The notes beneath the pieces were generated by a model, which was given only the letters and a program-made list of their open reading frames with translations, was not told the DNA's origin and did not search any database. From positions 248,001 through 312,000 of the forward strand of contig JAKMXF010000307.1 of NCBI GenBank assembly GCA_024704765.1: a stretch of 64,000 bases of DNA, read 5' to 3'. A program made the translations under genes and the position numbers. Source of the stretch: Oopsacas minuta (lineage: Eukaryota; Animalia; Porifera). Shown piece by piece: positions 62,150 through 64,000 of this stretch (positions within the stretch are counted from its first letter, which is position 1; every line of letters starts with the position of its first letter).

Positions 62150-64000
62150 CACAGGTCAACAAAAATTTAACTTCATTATCTCATCAAGTATTAGATTGAC
62201 ATCTTCTAAGCTAGTTTTTAACGCTGAATTCAAATCTACTTTCAGATTCTTTCCAGCACGCCCAGTTTGTTTTCCATCTACAAATCAATGATTTTCATGT
62301 ATTTCCTAAATTTTTCCTGTTATTTTATGGTAGTGGCTGTCTTTTTGTCTTCTTACATGATAGCCATCTGAAATAAATCAAAGTTTGATGTTTTAGATTA
62401 ATGCCAAGATAATATCAGTTATTATCCTAGCTCTTACATATAATTATTCACATTCATGCATGTATCAACTACTCACAAACTAAGGGAAAACACATATCCA
62501 TCTAGAAGTATAAAGGTAGCTAACTAAATTAAAGTGTTGAGAGTATGACTTCTTTTTATATATCTTGTTGGAATTATCTCTGAAGAGCCTCCAACAGTAA
62601 TCGGACATCATGCCCTCATTCCAGAAACCTTGGTATCGGGTTTCCATCTCCTGTATGTCTTGGTGGAATCTCTCACCCTGTTCATCACTTACAGCACCAA
62701 AGTTCTCAGGGAATAATCAAGGTAAGAGTGCAAGAAGTGAAGTTTTAGCGACATGAGAAAGCCCATCTTCTCGTATGCGTTAAGCAAGGTTTTCACTCCT
62801 TCTCTGTAGTTGGACGACTTTCTGTTGCCCAAAAAGTTTTCACAAACCCATTTGAAAGAATCCCAAGCACTCATTTCTAATTCGGATAATGTCTTCTCGA
62901 AATCTGGATCTCTGAATACTTGTCTGATTTGTGCTCCTACAAATACTCCCTCTTTTATCTTTACCTCGCATAGTTTCGGAAATTTGCCTACCAAATGCAG
63001 AAATCCTGCTGAATTTGTGTTACCCATTGTTTTAACGAATGTTTTCATTAATCCAAGTTTAATATGAAGTGGGGGTAAGAAAACTTTGTTTGGATCTACC
63101 AATGGCGAATGCTGTAAATTGGTTTTCCCACTTCATAGGTTCTCTTCGGCCAATCACATTTTTTATAATGTTCACCAGTTGCTCGGCTGTCCCATAGACA
63201 TAGGAAACAACAATACTTTATAAAACCAAGTTGCAAGCCCATCAATAGCCCGATTATCTTAAGATCATCGCAGATATTCCATATATGTGTTCTATACTGC
63301 ATTGCCTCCAAAACTTCCTGCAAATTAACGAAGGTTTCTTTGAGATAGACGGAGTGAGCAATTGGAACGCCAGGCTTCAGATTTCCGTTATGCAACAGAA
63401 CAGCTTTCAAACTGCGTTTTGATGAGTCGATGAAAAGGCGCCAATCAGAGGAAGAATGTTCTTGTATTAGGTTTGCATTGAGTCCTTCGATATCATTACA
63501 ATAGCACAGTGGACCATCAGTGGTGTAGTATTGTGTGAGATCGAAATTACGCTTGCGATAGTGGGATACTAGGACATCTTTGTCGAGTAGGTTTTTCTGT
63601 TTGAGCCTGGATGCAAGGAGTTCAGCTTTGTCTTTAGATAAGTCTAGATCCCTGACCAGGTCATTCAATTCTCCCAGTGTAAATGTTTGTGGCTCTAGTA
63701 ATTCATCTTCCGGGACATTATTAGCATCTGTAGAATCTGCATGAACATCTTCCACCATATCACACCCGATTTTAATTTGCTGTGGCTTGGGAGTTGGGAT
63801 TGGTAATGAGATGTCGTGTGGAATTGGCCTGCGAGCAGGATCCAAATCTGGGTAAACAAGAGCGTGCTTATTCTTGGCTGAGAATCCTGTAATATCGATA
63901 AGGCAAAAGTAACAATCATTAAGGTGATTTTTCTGTTCCCTCCAGGCCATGGGTATTGCAAATGGCATTGAAACTTCCTTTTATTCAACCAATCACGTAG
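62150..64000 (-). mobile_element. Chapaev3-like transposon, copy C (runs off the window)
   Basis: TAA followed by the end CACAGGTCAACAAAAATTT at 62150. Transposase pseudogene from 62529 is near-identical to copy B. Confidence 0.8.

Noticed and set aside
1-64000. CRISPR array, prokaryotic operons or rRNA
   Set aside because: No regularly spaced repeat-spacer array and no rRNA signatures. The content is eukaryotic transposons.
1-64000. Uni-strand piRNA-cluster-like orientation bias
   Set aside because: Transposases occur on both strands without a clear bias.

Overview
This is AT-rich eukaryotic (animal-like) genomic DNA made up almost entirely of nested, mostly decayed DNA transposons. The superfamilies seen are Tc1/mariner (DD37D maT-like, probable DD37E), pogo (DD35D), hAT (Buster and Tip100/ZMYM1 types plus MITEs), Chapaev3-like CMC, P-element/THAP, RAG1/Transib-like and MULE. 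I recognised no retroelement, rRNA, credible tRNA or CRISPR array. Host-gene evidence is limited to weak exon-like fragments, the best being an SH3-like exon at 775-976. The outstanding structure is a ~4.5-kb MULE family present twice (7086-11588 and 51673-58170), each copy with its own perfect 9-bp TSD. Each carries its FLYWCH-MULE transposase gene as a ~2.75-kb tail-to-tail palindrome. The two arms of each copy resemble each other more than they resemble the other copy, and the 21-nt central loop is in opposite orientation in the two copies. In copy 2 the ATG-bearing arm and the arm with the intact C-terminus are different arms. This looks like a mobile, self-homogenising, flip-flopping hairpin transposon, possibly Mu-killer-like (inference). 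Also notable are two RAG1-like relics, one with perfect CACAGTG ends and one with a CX2CX3GH tail, and a 1.85-kb inversion whose reversal restores both a MITE and a P-element ORF. All family assignments come from motif recognition by eye; no database search was run.
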